The position numbers and the translations under genes were made by a program. A DNA stretch of 64,000 nt from a bacterium (GTDB lineage Bacteria; Patescibacteriota; Microgenomatia; Curtissbacterales; GWA2-41-24). How positions within the stretch are numbered: position 1 is the first letter of the stretch; each line of letters opens with the position of its first letter. The stretch covers positions 107-64,106 of the forward strand of contig JAKALT010000005.1 of NCBI GenBank assembly GCA_021813125.1, in the 5' to 3' direction. The notes under the pieces are model-generated. The model was not told where the DNA came from. It worked only from the letters and a program-made list of their open reading frames with translations, and searched no databases. Shown here piece after piece: positions 37,159 to 46,280 of the stretch.

Positions 37159-37505
37159 TTGATATATCAAAAATTAGAAGCAAGGTTGAAAAACAAAGGA
37201 ATATAATCCTCAAAAAACTTGGGAGAATTAAAGAGGAAGACCCGTTCGCTTCTGAGGACAGGTCTCTTATAGTCGAACCGGGGACAGATGCGGCAGTGCT
37301 TTCGGGGCACGAGCGGGCAGTTGTTTTGGAAGACAGGTTGAAATCAGACCTCAAAGAGATTGAATCGGCCCTGAAGAAGATTAAAAAAGGTACCTATGGT
37401 TTGTGCGAGAGGTGCGGTAAACCGATTGACGCCGGAAGGCTTGAAGTTAAACCGCAGGCAGTGTATTGCCTGAAGTGCGAGAGTGAAATTGAAACTAAAA
37501 AATAG
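37155..37505 (+). CDS. DksA/TraR-family C4 zinc-finger protein
   Basis: CERCGKPIDAGRLEVKPQAVYCLKCE. Confidence 0.6.
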   Translation: MIDISKIRSKVEKQRNIILKKLGRIKEEDPFASEDRSLIVEPGTDAAVLSGHERAVVLEDRLKSDLKEIESALKKIKKGTYGLCERCGKPIDAGRLEVKPQAVYCLKCESEIETKK

Positions 37506-37893
37506 ACTCCTCCTAGCCTTCGTAGTTTTTACTATTCTATTTTTGGATCAAGTGTCTAAGTTTTTTGCCGATAATTTTTTTCAAGTTGCCTGCAACAAGG
37601 GTGGCGCATTCGGTTTGGGGGGTAATTTTGGTTTTATTTCGGGATTAGTTCTGGGTATAGTTTTCTGGCTTATTCTGCAGGAGAAAAAAGCTTCGAATAT
37701 ACTGGGTTTGTCGCTAATTTTTGGCGGCGGTGTTTCTAATTTTCTCGACAGGGTTTTTATTGGCTGCGTCAGGGATTTTGTGGATTTGAAATTCTTTCCA
37801 AATTTTAATTTGGCGGATAGTGCGATTACAATTGGGGCGTTTTTGATATTTTTTAACCTGATTTTTCGAAGGCAGGATGCTGATGAATCTTAA
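37483..37893 (+). CDS. lspA: Lipoprotein signal peptidase II
   Basis: GGGVSNFLDRVFIGCVRDFVDLKFFPNFNLADSAITIGAFL. Confidence 0.8.
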   Translation: MKLKLKNRLLLAFVVFTILFLDQVSKFFADNFFQVACNKGGAFGLGGNFGFISGLVLGIVFWLILQEKKASNILGLSLIFGGGVSNFLDRVFIGCVRDFVDLKFFPNFNLADSAITIGAFLIFFNLIFRRQDADES

Positions 37894-38671
37894 TATTATT
37901 TTTGAAAATTCCGATATTTTGGTTTTAGACAAGCCATCGGGGCTTATTGTAAACAGGGCCGAAACGACAAAGGAAGAAACACTGCAGGATCAACTTGCAG
38001 AATACTTTCAGTTAAAATCCGGTGATTTTGGGATAGGGGAAAGAGCGGGAATAGTTCACAGGCTGGATCGGGAAACATCCGGCGTCTTGGTTATTGCAAA
38101 GACCCAAAAAGCGTTTATATATATGCAAAATGAATTCAAGGAAAGACGTGTTAAAAAAGAGTATGCAGCTTTGGTCCATGGCAGGCTGCGCGAAAAATCG
38201 GGAGTTATCAAAAGCAGGATAGCGAGAATCGGAAAATTTGGCAGATTTGGCAACTTAAAAGAGAGGGAAATTGGTGGCCGGGAATCGGAAACTGATTTTG
38301 AACTGGTGTCCAGCTACCAGTATCCGGATTTCAGTTTGGAAAAAATTGCCCAGGATTCGGGCTACAATAAAAGCAGATTAAGATATTTGGGGAAGAACGC
38401 TCTTGATTATAGTCTGCTTTCGGTTTTTCCAAAAACAGGCAGGACACACCAGATCCGCGTACATTTAAAATCGATTGGGCATCCGGTAGTTTCGGATTCA
38501 ATTTATGCTCCGTCGAAGCTTTTGAAATTTGATCTTTTGTGGTGCCCGCGACTTTTTTTGCATGCAAAAAGTATTTCTTTTTCCGACCCTAAATCAAAAA
38601 AGATTTTAAATTTTAAATCCGACTTGCCAAACGAGCTTAAAAATGCGATGCTTTTTCTAACGATAAGTTAA
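37877..38671 (+). CDS. RluA-family pseudouridine synthase
   Basis: GIVHRLDRETSGVLVIAKT (catalytic Asp), HQIRVHL. Confidence 0.85.
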   Translation: MLMNLNIIFENSDILVLDKPSGLIVNRAETTKEETLQDQLAEYFQLKSGDFGIGERAGIVHRLDRETSGVLVIAKTQKAFIYMQNEFKERRVKKEYAALVHGRLREKSGVIKSRIARIGKFGRFGNLKEREIGGRESETDFELVSSYQYPDFSLEKIAQDSGYNKSRLRYLGKNALDYSLLSVFPKTGRTHQIRVHLKSIGHPVVSDSIYAPSKLLKFDLLWCPRLFLHAKSISFSDPKSKKILNFKSDLPNELKNAMLFLTIS

Positions 38672-38695
38672 ATGGAAGCAAGGCCAGATTAAGAT

Positions 38696-38746
38696 TAAGG
38701 TCAGGCTCTTGCACTTTGACTATCACAGGGTTAAGGCCTGACCTTT
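38696..38746 (+). repeat. REP-like palindromic element
   Basis: ttaaggtcaggctc-ttgcactttgactatcacaggg-ttaaggcctgaccttt. Confidence 0.6.
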
Positions 38747-38777
38747 GCTAAGGCCGAAAAACGAACAAAAACTGCCT

Positions 38778-40478
38778 ATGCCACATTTGTTTTTTCAAAT
38801 CGCGTCTGTTTTGGTTTTGGCCACACTTTTGGGTATTTTGGCAAGAGTTTTTAAACAGCCGCTTATAATCGCCTATATTTTTACAGGGATTATTATTTCC
38901 TATGTTGGATTGTTTCGCGAGATAAGCCAAGGAGTTTTTGATTTACTTTCAAATTTTGGCATTGCTTTTCTTTTGTTTTTAATCGGAATTGATTTAAGAA
39001 TTGAGGATTTAAAGTTTGTTGGCCGGGCTGCAATTTATACGGGTTTAGGGCAGATACTTTTTACGACTTTGGTGGGTTTTGTTGTCGTCAGCGCTTTAGG
39101 TTTTTCGATGGTGCCAGCTTTTTATATTGCCTTTGCTATCACTTTTTCCTCGACTGTGATTATTGTTAAGCTTCTGGCCGAAAAAAACGATTTGCAATCT
39201 TTGCACGGCAAGATTGCTGTAGGTTTTTTACTGGTACAGGATTTTGTGGCAATTTTAACGTTGATGGTGCTTTCAGGTTTCGGCAAAGGCGGCCAGATTC
39301 CAGGAGCGGGGGAAATTCTTTTGATTTTTGCAAAAGGAGCAGTGCTAATTGCCGTAACATATATTGTTTCAAAGTATGCATTAAAGTCGATTTTTAGACT
39401 GGTTTCAACCTCTGTTGAGCTTTTGTTTGTTGCCGCTATTTCCTGGGCGTTTATAATGTCAGCGCTGGCGGAACAGGCAGGATTTTCGGTTGCAATAGGA
39501 GCGTTTTTGGCAGGCGTAGCAATTGCCGCATCCCCGTATAGGATTCAAATTTCCGGAAGAGTGAAGCCGCTTCGAGACTTTTTTGTAGTGGTGTTTTTTA
39601 TCCTTTTGGGATTGACCCTTTCCAAGGGAACATCCGGTCTTGTGCCGTCACATATCATTATCCTTACCTTATTTATATTGATTGGCAACCCGCTTATTGC
39701 GATGGCCATTATGATGACTTTGAAATTCCGAAACCGGACAGCCTTTTTGGCTTCGGTAACCGTCGCGCAGGTTTCTGAATTTTCCTTAATTTTGATGGCA
39801 ACAGGTGCAAGGCTTGGGCAGGTTACTTCTTCCGAAGTTGCGTTAGTTGCGGCGGTTGCAATTACAACGATTACTCTTTCATCCTATCTTATTTTATATG
39901 GGGATAGGATTTACAGATTTATTAGCGCGCCGATGGCCAGACTTTTTCCGGAAAAACAACATGATCCATATGTTGCAAATCGCGAAAATTTAAAAGACCA
40001 TGTGGTTTTGGTCGGGGGCGAACAAATGGGTTGGGATATACTAGATTTTTTGAAAGGCAAAATTTCCGACCGTGACCAGATAGTGGTTGTGGACTTCAAC
40101 CCAAAAATTTTCAATTCACTTAAGGCTTCCGGTTTTAATGCTGTTTTTGGTGATATTTCCGATCCTGAAGTTTTAGAGGAGTTGGAACTTGGACGCGCCA
40201 GACTTCTTATTATTACGGACCCGGATATTTCGGACAGCCATCAGATTATCGCCTTTGCAAGAGAAAAAAATTACAAGGGCCCGGTTATTGGAACCAGTTA
40301 CTGGATTCACGATGCCGTGAAACTTTATGAGATGGGTGCGGATTATGTGGTCGTGCCGGAAACGGTTGGCGGGAAACATATTGCCAGGATCCTTTCGGAG
40401 CATTGGGATAATTTATCCAAAATGAAAAAGGAAAAGAGCAAGCATTTTGAGGAACTTCTGGCGCATAAGATTTTCTAG
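38778..40478 (+). CDS. CPA2-family cation:proton antiporter (Kef-type) with C-terminal RCK/TrkA-N domain
   Basis: ~12 TM helices then VVLVGGEQMGWDILDFL...VVDFNP...GFNAVFGD (Rossmann NAD-binding); ATG at 38778 (the ORF-track 38745 is a TTG). Confidence 0.8.
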   Translation: MPHLFFQIASVLVLATLLGILARVFKQPLIIAYIFTGIIISYVGLFREISQGVFDLLSNFGIAFLLFLIGIDLRIEDLKFVGRAAIYTGLGQILFTTLVGFVVVSALGFSMVPAFYIAFAITFSSTVIIVKLLAEKNDLQSLHGKIAVGFLLVQDFVAILTLMVLSGFGKGGQIPGAGEILLIFAKGAVLIAVTYIVSKYALKSIFRLVSTSVELLFVAAISWAFIMSALAEQAGFSVAIGAFLAGVAIAASPYRIQISGRVKPLRDFFVVVFFILLGLTLSKGTSGLVPSHIIILTLFILIGNPLIAMAIMMTLKFRNRTAFLASVTVAQVSEFSLILMATGARLGQVTSSEVALVAAVAITTITLSSYLILYGDRIYRFISAPMARLFPEKQHDPYVANRENLKDHVVLVGGEQMGWDILDFLKGKISDRDQIVVVDFNPKIFNSLKASGFNAVFGDISDPEVLEELELGRARLLIITDPDISDSHQIIAFAREKNYKGPVIGTSYWIHDAVKLYEMGADYVVVPETVGGKHIARILSEHWDNLSKMKKEKSKHFEELLAHKIF

Positions 40479-40540
40479 TGTTTGTAGGTGTTGCAGGGGC
40501 CTGATAAAATGAAATAGAGGTAATTTATGGGATCTTTCGG

Positions 40541-40626
40541 TGAGTATTTTATATCAGCAGGTCGCCTTGGCACCTTTCACCCCGTCAGACGGGGTTTCAG
40601 TCATGCCAATGGCGCTCCTCTGATAT
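40541..40626 (+). repeat. Copy 3 of the palindromic interspersed element, inserted just after a short MGSFG ORF start
   Basis: gagtattttatatcagcaggtcgccttggcacc-tttcaccccgtcagacggggtttc-agtcatgccaatggcgctcctctgatat; same flanks as copy 1, internal hairpin replaced (ccccgtcagacgggg). Confidence 0.75.
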
Positions 40627-40684
40627 AAAAATAGGTTATTTAAAAAGCAGTAAAGAGTTTGTAACTAAAATAGGAGAATAACGT

Positions 40685-40822
40685 ATGGGGTCTTTCGGTG
40701 GTTTTTATAAAGGTGAGAAGAAAAAGCAGAAGAAAGAAGTTTTAGAGAAGAAAGCTTCGCATATTCCGAAAGTTAATGTAGTGCCGCAAGTTGAGATAAT
40801 CGGCAGCAAAAAAGGGAAGTAG
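40685..40822 (+). CDS. Small lysine-rich ORF (45 aa), MGSFGGFYKGEKKKQKKE...
   Basis: Preceded by ggagaataacgtATG; its first 16 nt (atggggtctttcggtg) are duplicated at 40527. Confidence 0.3.
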   Translation: MGSFGGFYKGEKKKQKKEVLEKKASHIPKVNVVPQVEIIGSKKGK

Positions 40823-40870
40823 TTTTTTGCTTTTTAAAAGCAGTCGGGCAGCAAAGTAAATATTTATTGC

Positions 40871-41860
40871 ATGACCCGACAAGCTCCATATAAACGGAAT
40901 GAACCCAGGAACAGAGGAACGCTGCTTTCTGTTTTGATCTGTTTGGTCCTTGCCCTTCTAATTTTTTCAGGACTACTTAAGACTTTTAAATTTCCGGGTC
41001 ACAACAGTTCTAAAAGCTACAGCTGGGATAAGCAGTCGTCTTTTGCAGTTGCGCTAGAAACCGAGCCCCCAAGCGTTTTGGTTTTTCAAAAAGATCCGTC
41101 AAGGATAATTTTTTTGACCGTTGACAAAAACTTATATTTTGAAAGAGGAAGTTTAAAATCTATAAAACAAATAAGTTCGGCAATGCAGGGAAGAGGCAAG
41201 GAGTTTTCGGATTCAATGTCGCTTGTTTTTGGAGTCCCAATTAAAAACTATGTAAAATTTTCCAAAGTGCAAGGAATGGATAATTTATCTGCTAAGCAAC
41301 TGTTTAAAAGTTTTGCATCATTGGGTACGCCTTTTGTGATTTTAACCGGCGGGAAGCCCTCGTATGTAAAGGACACAAATATTACTCGTTCAGATGCATT
41401 AAGCCTGTGGTGGCAAGCTAAAAGCTTAAGTATAAATGATATAAAATTGGCCGATCTTTCCGGTATGAATGAAGAAATACTAGCCGGCAATACAAAGGTG
41501 TTGGGGGCCGATACTTTATCAATAAACCGCGAAATAGGGAATTATCTAGACAACCCGAATATCGAGAAGGATGGTTATAAAATTATAATTGTTAACGAAT
41601 CACAAAACCCATACTCGGGTGTAGTTGCAGCCCGGTTTGTTTCGGTTGTTGGTGGAAATGTGATTTCGACTGAAGATGGGGCACAACGCCGCCAAAAATG
41701 CCAGATTGTTGTTGATAAACCTGGGGATTACACACCCTCTTATTTGGCAAATATGCTTGGCTGTGATATAAGTAATCTCGAAATTAAGGGTCCGAATGGC
41801 CACGATAAGGCAATAACAATTTACCTTGGCCAGGATTTTTCTGAAAGGTACTTTCAATGA
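40871..41860 (+). CDS. Membrane-anchored protein with LytR_C-like C-terminal domain, tentative
   Basis: N-terminal TM helix; C-terminal DGYKIIIVNESQNPYSGVVAARFVSVVGG resembles the LytR_C block. Confidence 0.3.
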   Translation: MTRQAPYKRNEPRNRGTLLSVLICLVLALLIFSGLLKTFKFPGHNSSKSYSWDKQSSFAVALETEPPSVLVFQKDPSRIIFLTVDKNLYFERGSLKSIKQISSAMQGRGKEFSDSMSLVFGVPIKNYVKFSKVQGMDNLSAKQLFKSFASLGTPFVILTGGKPSYVKDTNITRSDALSLWWQAKSLSINDIKLADLSGMNEEILAGNTKVLGADTLSINREIGNYLDNPNIEKDGYKIIIVNESQNPYSGVVAARFVSVVGGNVISTEDGAQRRQKCQIVVDKPGDYTPSYLANMLGCDISNLEIKGPNGHDKAITIYLGQDFSERYFQ

Positions 41861-42387
41861 TCTTTGTAATACTCGGCACAGTAGTTTTGGTAGCATCGTT
41901 TTTGATTGCCCTTGTTTCTCTTTTAAAAGAGCAGAATAAGGTTGGAGATACCGACGATGTTTCGGCAAAGCCACAAAAAAGCCCAAGTGTGGGTAAGAGT
42001 GGGGTTAAAGTGGGGCCAGTTGCGGTAAGTACTACCATAAGCGAGCCAAGCGTAGACGCATCAAAACCGGTGGTCGGCAGAGAACTTTTCCCCTGGGAAG
42101 AAGGGAAGTATAAGGCTGCAGGTCCAGGAGTAGAGGCGGACAGGGCCAAGGTAGAGGCTCTACGAAGTCAGCTTGCCGAACTTAAGAAGCAGGCCGGGGT
42201 GCAAAACATTGACCGCCGGCCGTTGCAGGAGGAGCCGGCAGTGCCCGGGCAAGTTGAACCTCGGGTGGAAGCTCCGCTTCAACAGGAAGTGCAAATTCCG
42301 GCGGAGCCTGAAGAGCAACTAATAGTTCAAAAACCGGTACAAAGGCTCACCGGTGAAGTTTCTATTTCAGATTTAAAGGGTCAATAG
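41857..42387 (+). CDS. Hypothetical membrane-anchored Pro/Glu/Gln-rich protein
   Basis: N-terminal TM helix; low-complexity remainder. Confidence 0.4.
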   Translation: MIFVILGTVVLVASFLIALVSLLKEQNKVGDTDDVSAKPQKSPSVGKSGVKVGPVAVSTTISEPSVDASKPVVGRELFPWEEGKYKAAGPGVEADRAKVEALRSQLAELKKQAGVQNIDRRPLQEEPAVPGQVEPRVEAPLQQEVQIPAEPEEQLIVQKPVQRLTGEVSISDLKGQ

Positions 42388-42389
42388 CC

Positions 42390-43124
42390 TCAGGCAAAGG
42401 CCAGGTGTTTTTCTTCGTTGTGGTTTTCAGCAAAAGAGGGCTGATTTGTGAATTTATTGGACCTTTCGATTTCCCGGATAAAAATAGTAAGGCTTTTAGT
42501 GGTTGCGTACTTGACGAAAACTTCGTATTTGTTCCCACCGGATATGAAGCCGATTAGCTTAAACGAAAGGTCGTCCGGGAGTGCACCAAGATAAGTTCCG
42601 TCTTCCCGTGCGATTGCAACCGAATGCTTTTTGGGAAGGATTGTTACCTTGTCTCCGCAATTAAGTCCCGCCAAAATGGAGGGGGAGGCCAGATTCAGAA
42701 GGTTTATAACCTTTGTTTTGCCGGGTTCAAAAACAAAGATAGCTGAAAGGTCACCGGTGGTACCATTGCCGTTTGTGAAGGTTGCGATTTGGCCATCACC
42801 CTTGAGTTTTGTGATTTTCTCCTGATTTTTCTTGGCAATTACGTTGTAGGGGTCCAGTTCCAAAACCTTTTGGTAGGTTTTATTGGCCTTTGTGACTTGA
42901 CCAAGACAGCATTGGGCCCGTGCCAGTCGGTTTAAGGCGGGAACGTTTTGGGGATCCAGTTTGACGATTTTATCGTTTATCTTTGCAGCCTCTTCCCAGT
43001 TTGATTTGAGGGCTTGCTCTATAGCCAGCTGGCTTAGCAGGTCGCAGTTAGTGACATTCTGCCACTTGCTTTGATCGATTGGAAGCATAGCAAGTAAATT
43101 AGAACATCCCTGCAAAGTAGTCAA
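42390..43124 (-). CDS. TPR-repeat protein
   Basis: N-terminal TPR-like helical repeats (ALNRLARAQCCLGQVTKANKTYQKVLELDPYNVIAKKN). Confidence 0.45.
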   Translation of the reverse strand: MTTLQGCSNLLAMLPIDQSKWQNVTNCDLLSQLAIEQALKSNWEEAAKINDKIVKLDPQNVPALNRLARAQCCLGQVTKANKTYQKVLELDPYNVIAKKNQEKITKLKGDGQIATFTNGNGTTGDLSAIFVFEPGKTKVINLLNLASPSILAGLNCGDKVTILPKKHSVAIAREDGTYLGALPDDLSFKLIGFISGGNKYEVFVKYATTKSLTIFIREIERSNKFTNQPSFAENHNEEKHLAFA

Positions 43125-43274
43125 TAAGTGAAAATAATGACACGTTTTTGAATAAATTGAGTACTCGCCTTGTTCAAAAATGTTTTTAGAAGTTGTTTTT
43201 TGGAAATTTGGGGAGTATATTATGTGGCTATGGCAAGCTGAGATAGGCTTAATCCTACCCCGACTCAGTTTAGT

Positions 43275-44108
43275 GTGGGCGTAACCTTTAGAGAACTTTA
43301 CGGAATGGCTGGACTAGTCAGACGCGAGGAATTAGTTGCACAGATTCGAAGAGAGATTGACAAGACTCAATCCAGAAATGCAATTTGGGCGGAGGAAAGG
43401 TTAAAAGAATTAAGGGTTGCAAGAAAGGAACCTCTTTTGGACGTAGTGGTTGCAAGCGAAAATGGTGATGTAGTCCATTCGCTTTCAACATATCGCTCCT
43501 ATGCCAATAACGCTCAATTAGCCCTAACAGTTGATGATCTGGCCGCGTTTACTAGGCAAAATGAAATGTTTGCGTATCCGATCACGCCAGAAAATGATAC
43601 CGTATTGTTATGGCATCAGCGCGATGATGAGCGGCTACAGCATGTTGTCAAGAACAGATTCGGCCCGGTCGATGTTGAAGATTACGCTGTTAACGGGAAT
43701 AAAACTTGCGTTAGGATTGCGAGAATTAGAGGCGGTTTAATGGGTAAGGGTAGATTTGCCGATGTGAATGTAATATACGGCAGGCTGGGGTTTTGGGCTA
43801 ACCGTAAGCTTGCAATGGGAATGAATGGGGCCAGGACTTTAATTGAAAGAGCCTATTTTAAACAGTCGGAATTACTTGTCCGGGATGCGTTTGTGTCGCC
43901 ACTGGATCGTGATGAGATTTCGAAAAGAGGTGGGGTGCCAATGGGTTCAAGGCAGCTTGGGGTTGATGTTGTCAGGGTTGACGCTTCTAAAACGCACAAC
44001 GATTTTATTGCTAACGCCTTAGAAGGAACGTTAGAGTTTCCATACCCTGTTGTTTTGGGATACTCTACCTTGCGGCAATGGAAGGGTGAAGTTCCCGGGC
44101 GCAGGTAA
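43275..44108 (+). CDS. Hypothetical protein (277 aa)
   Basis: No recognisable motif; composition looks more GC-rich than its neighbours (visual estimate only). Confidence 0.4.
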   Translation: MGVTFRELYGMAGLVRREELVAQIRREIDKTQSRNAIWAEERLKELRVARKEPLLDVVVASENGDVVHSLSTYRSYANNAQLALTVDDLAAFTRQNEMFAYPITPENDTVLLWHQRDDERLQHVVKNRFGPVDVEDYAVNGNKTCVRIARIRGGLMGKGRFADVNVIYGRLGFWANRKLAMGMNGARTLIERAYFKQSELLVRDAFVSPLDRDEISKRGGVPMGSRQLGVDVVRVDASKTHNDFIANALEGTLEFPYPVVLGYSTLRQWKGEVPGRR

Positions 44109-44202
44109 TTTTCAGTTTTAATCTGCTATATCTTCCTCTGCTGACGCAGAGCGACACATATAAGATTGTTCTAAAAACGAGACTGATATATAATTTTTTC
44201 CA

Positions 44203-44232
44203 ATGAGCGGACATAGTAAATGGTCAACGATA
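44203..44232 (+). pseudogene. Decayed duplicate of the yebC 5' end (atgagcggacatagtaaatggtcaacgata = MSGHSKWSTI)
   Basis: 22/30 nt identical to the yebC start at 44312 (atgtcaggtcatagtaagtggagcacaatt); ORF terminates after ~30 codons. Confidence 0.5.
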
Positions 44233-44311
44233 TCAGCCATGCAAATTTATTTAATTAATATAAAGGTTTATGGAAGCATCCTGATATTGTGCTCAACAAA
44301 AGGAGATTTAT

Positions 44312-45052
44312 ATGTCAGGTCATAGTAAGTGGAGCACAATTAAACGACAAAAGGGCGTGACGGATGCTAAGCGCAGCCAGGCTTTCACGAAAATGGCAAA
44401 CGCGATAACTATTGCCGTCCGTGAAGGCGGTGGTGATCCTGCTTCTAATTTTAAATTACGGCTGGCAATCGATTCTGCTAGGGCTGTTAATACGCCGAAT
44501 GTTAATATCCAGCGCGCAATTGATAGGGGTCTGGGAAAAGGTGGAGCAGCGGCGATAGAAACCGTGGTCTACGAAGGTTACGGGCCAAGTAAGGTGGCAA
44601 TTATTGTGGAGGCGGCAACAGATAACAAAAACCGCACAACACCGGAAATCCGCGGAACAATTGAAAAAAATGGTGGGGTATTTGCCTCACCGGGTGCAGT
44701 TTCCTGGATGTTTAGTGATGTCGGAATGATTACGGTTGTCAAGGATAATAAGTCACTCGACGATGTTTTTGAGGCAGCGGTAGAAGCTGGGGCGGACGAT
44801 GTTGAGGATAGCGGGGAATCGGTTGAGGTTTATACAAAACCACATGATGTTGAAAAGGTTAAGAATGCACTAGCGGAAAAAGGGTTTACAATCCAGGGAG
44901 CGGAACTATTTAAAAAACCTACAACAACAGTTTTAATTTCCGAAAAAGCGCAAGCGGAAAAAGTTTTGGCATTTGTAGAAAAGTTGGAGGATTTGGACGA
45001 TGTGCAAAAAGTCTACAGCAACTTCGATATTCCAGAGAATTTGCTTCAGTAA
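44312..45052 (+). CDS. yebC: YebC/PmpR-family DNA-binding regulator
   Basis: MSGHSKWSTIKRQKGVTDAKRSQAFTKMANAITIAVREGGGDPASNFKLRLAIDSARAVNTP. Confidence 0.9.
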   Translation: MSGHSKWSTIKRQKGVTDAKRSQAFTKMANAITIAVREGGGDPASNFKLRLAIDSARAVNTPNVNIQRAIDRGLGKGGAAAIETVVYEGYGPSKVAIIVEAATDNKNRTTPEIRGTIEKNGGVFASPGAVSWMFSDVGMITVVKDNKSLDDVFEAAVEAGADDVEDSGESVEVYTKPHDVEKVKNALAEKGFTIQGAELFKKPTTTVLISEKAQAEKVLAFVEKLEDLDDVQKVYSNFDIPENLLQ

Positions 45053-45090
45053 AACTTGAAACGTTAGAGTCGTTTGAATATATTAAAAAT

Positions 45091-45507
45091 ATGCCAGAAA
45101 CACAGGAAAGCGAAAGAAAAGTAAGAGTTATCCCATTCGGTGAATTAGATCCGCAGGAAGCTGCGCATTTTATAAATTGGGATCTTGAAAATGTTGAAAG
45201 TGAAACAAGAGGAGATCATACATCTGTTATGACCCGCGAAGATCAGGGTTATTATGCCGGAATGTCGCTTTGGAACAGTCCTGAAAAGAAAAGGGTTTCA
45301 TTTGACTCAGCGAACTTTGATAACAGTTTTCATATTAACAGCCCAGAAACGGTTGAATTTGATGATGAAAAAAGAAGTATTAAAATCATTGGTGAAGATG
45401 GTAAGTATCTTCTACTGACTCGGGGTTCAATTGAATTTATTGATAATAATGTAAGATATTCTATTGATTTCTCAAAAGCGGCAGTACCACCACCTAATTC
45501 ATATTAA
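45091..45507 (+). CDS. Hypothetical protein (138 aa)
   Basis: ORF only. Confidence 0.35.
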   Translation: MPETQESERKVRVIPFGELDPQEAAHFINWDLENVESETRGDHTSVMTREDQGYYAGMSLWNSPEKKRVSFDSANFDNSFHINSPETVEFDDEKRSIKIIGEDGKYLLLTRGSIEFIDNNVRYSIDFSKAAVPPPNSY

Positions 45508-45526
45508 ATTGGTAATTCCTTAATTG

Positions 45527-45572
45527 AATGAGATCTACAAATCCATCCTAAATTCCAAGCCCCATTTTTTGG
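45527..45572 (-). pseudogene. Displaced duplicate of the GNAT gene 3' end (minus strand encodes KKWGLEFRMDL*)
   Basis: 36-bp identity tacaaatccatcctaaattccaagccccattttttg with 45797..45832. Confidence 0.7.
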
Positions 45573-45576
45573 GAAC

Positions 45577-45783
45577 TTACTTTTTAGAATTAGGGAGAGA
45601 TTTTTGCAAATATTTATCTGCCAAGAACATTACAATCATTGCAACAATTACTGCAAACGAAAGTGCACCGTAAGATTGAGCTGGTTCTAATTTGGGGAGC
45701 AGAATACTAAATACCCACATCACTACTACCATGGTTATCCAACCGATAAGCAAATCAATGATAAGTCTCATTAAGTTCTTCAT
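45577..45783 (-). CDS. Small 2-TM membrane protein (68 aa) between the GNAT gene and its duplicated 3' end
   Basis: MKNLMRLIIDLLIGWITMVVVMWVFSILLPKLEPAQSYGALSFAVIVAMIVMFLADKYL... Confidence 0.45.
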   Translation of the reverse strand: MKNLMRLIIDLLIGWITMVVVMWVFSILLPKLEPAQSYGALSFAVIVAMIVMFLADKYLQKSLPNSKK

Positions 45784-45795
45784 AGTTTTAAATTA

Positions 45796-46224
45796 TTACA
45801 AATCCATCCTAAATTCCAAGCCCCATTTTTTGAAGCCTAATTTTTCGTAGAGCTTGTGTGCGTCGGTGCGGTCGGTCCCGGATGTGAAGAGGATTTTATA
45901 GCAGTTTCTGGCACGGGCAAGTTCGAAAATTTTATCAAACATTTTTGTGCCGATACCCTGGCCGCGGGTGGACTCATCGACCACCAAACCTTCCAATAAG
46001 GCATAAGGGCGACTCCTAATTGGTACTTCTATATAATATATGGCGGCTGTTGCTGCGACTTTTCCAGATTCATCCCTGGCTACCAAGACATCACAGGTAT
46101 CGTCGGCAAGCTGTTTTTCTAAAGCATCTCTTGCTCCGTCTGCAATTTTTTCGGTGCGGTAAATTTGGGTTTGAAGATTTAAGATTGCGTCGATGTCAGC
46201 AGGTGTTGCGATTGCTATTTCCAT
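45796..46224 (-). CDS. GNAT-family N-acetyltransferase
   Basis: LVVDESTRGQGIGTKMFDKIFELARARNCYKILFTS; start at MEIAIATP (46224) rather than the long ORF-track extension. Confidence 0.75.
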   Translation of the reverse strand: MEIAIATPADIDAILNLQTQIYRTEKIADGARDALEKQLADDTCDVLVARDESGKVAATAAIYYIEVPIRSRPYALLEGLVVDESTRGQGIGTKMFDKIFELARARNCYKILFTSGTDRTDAHKLYEKLGFKKWGLEFRMDL

Positions 46225-46280
46225 GAGGATATTGTAAATGATTTGCCCACAACAATCCAAGTTTATGATAAAATTTCCAG

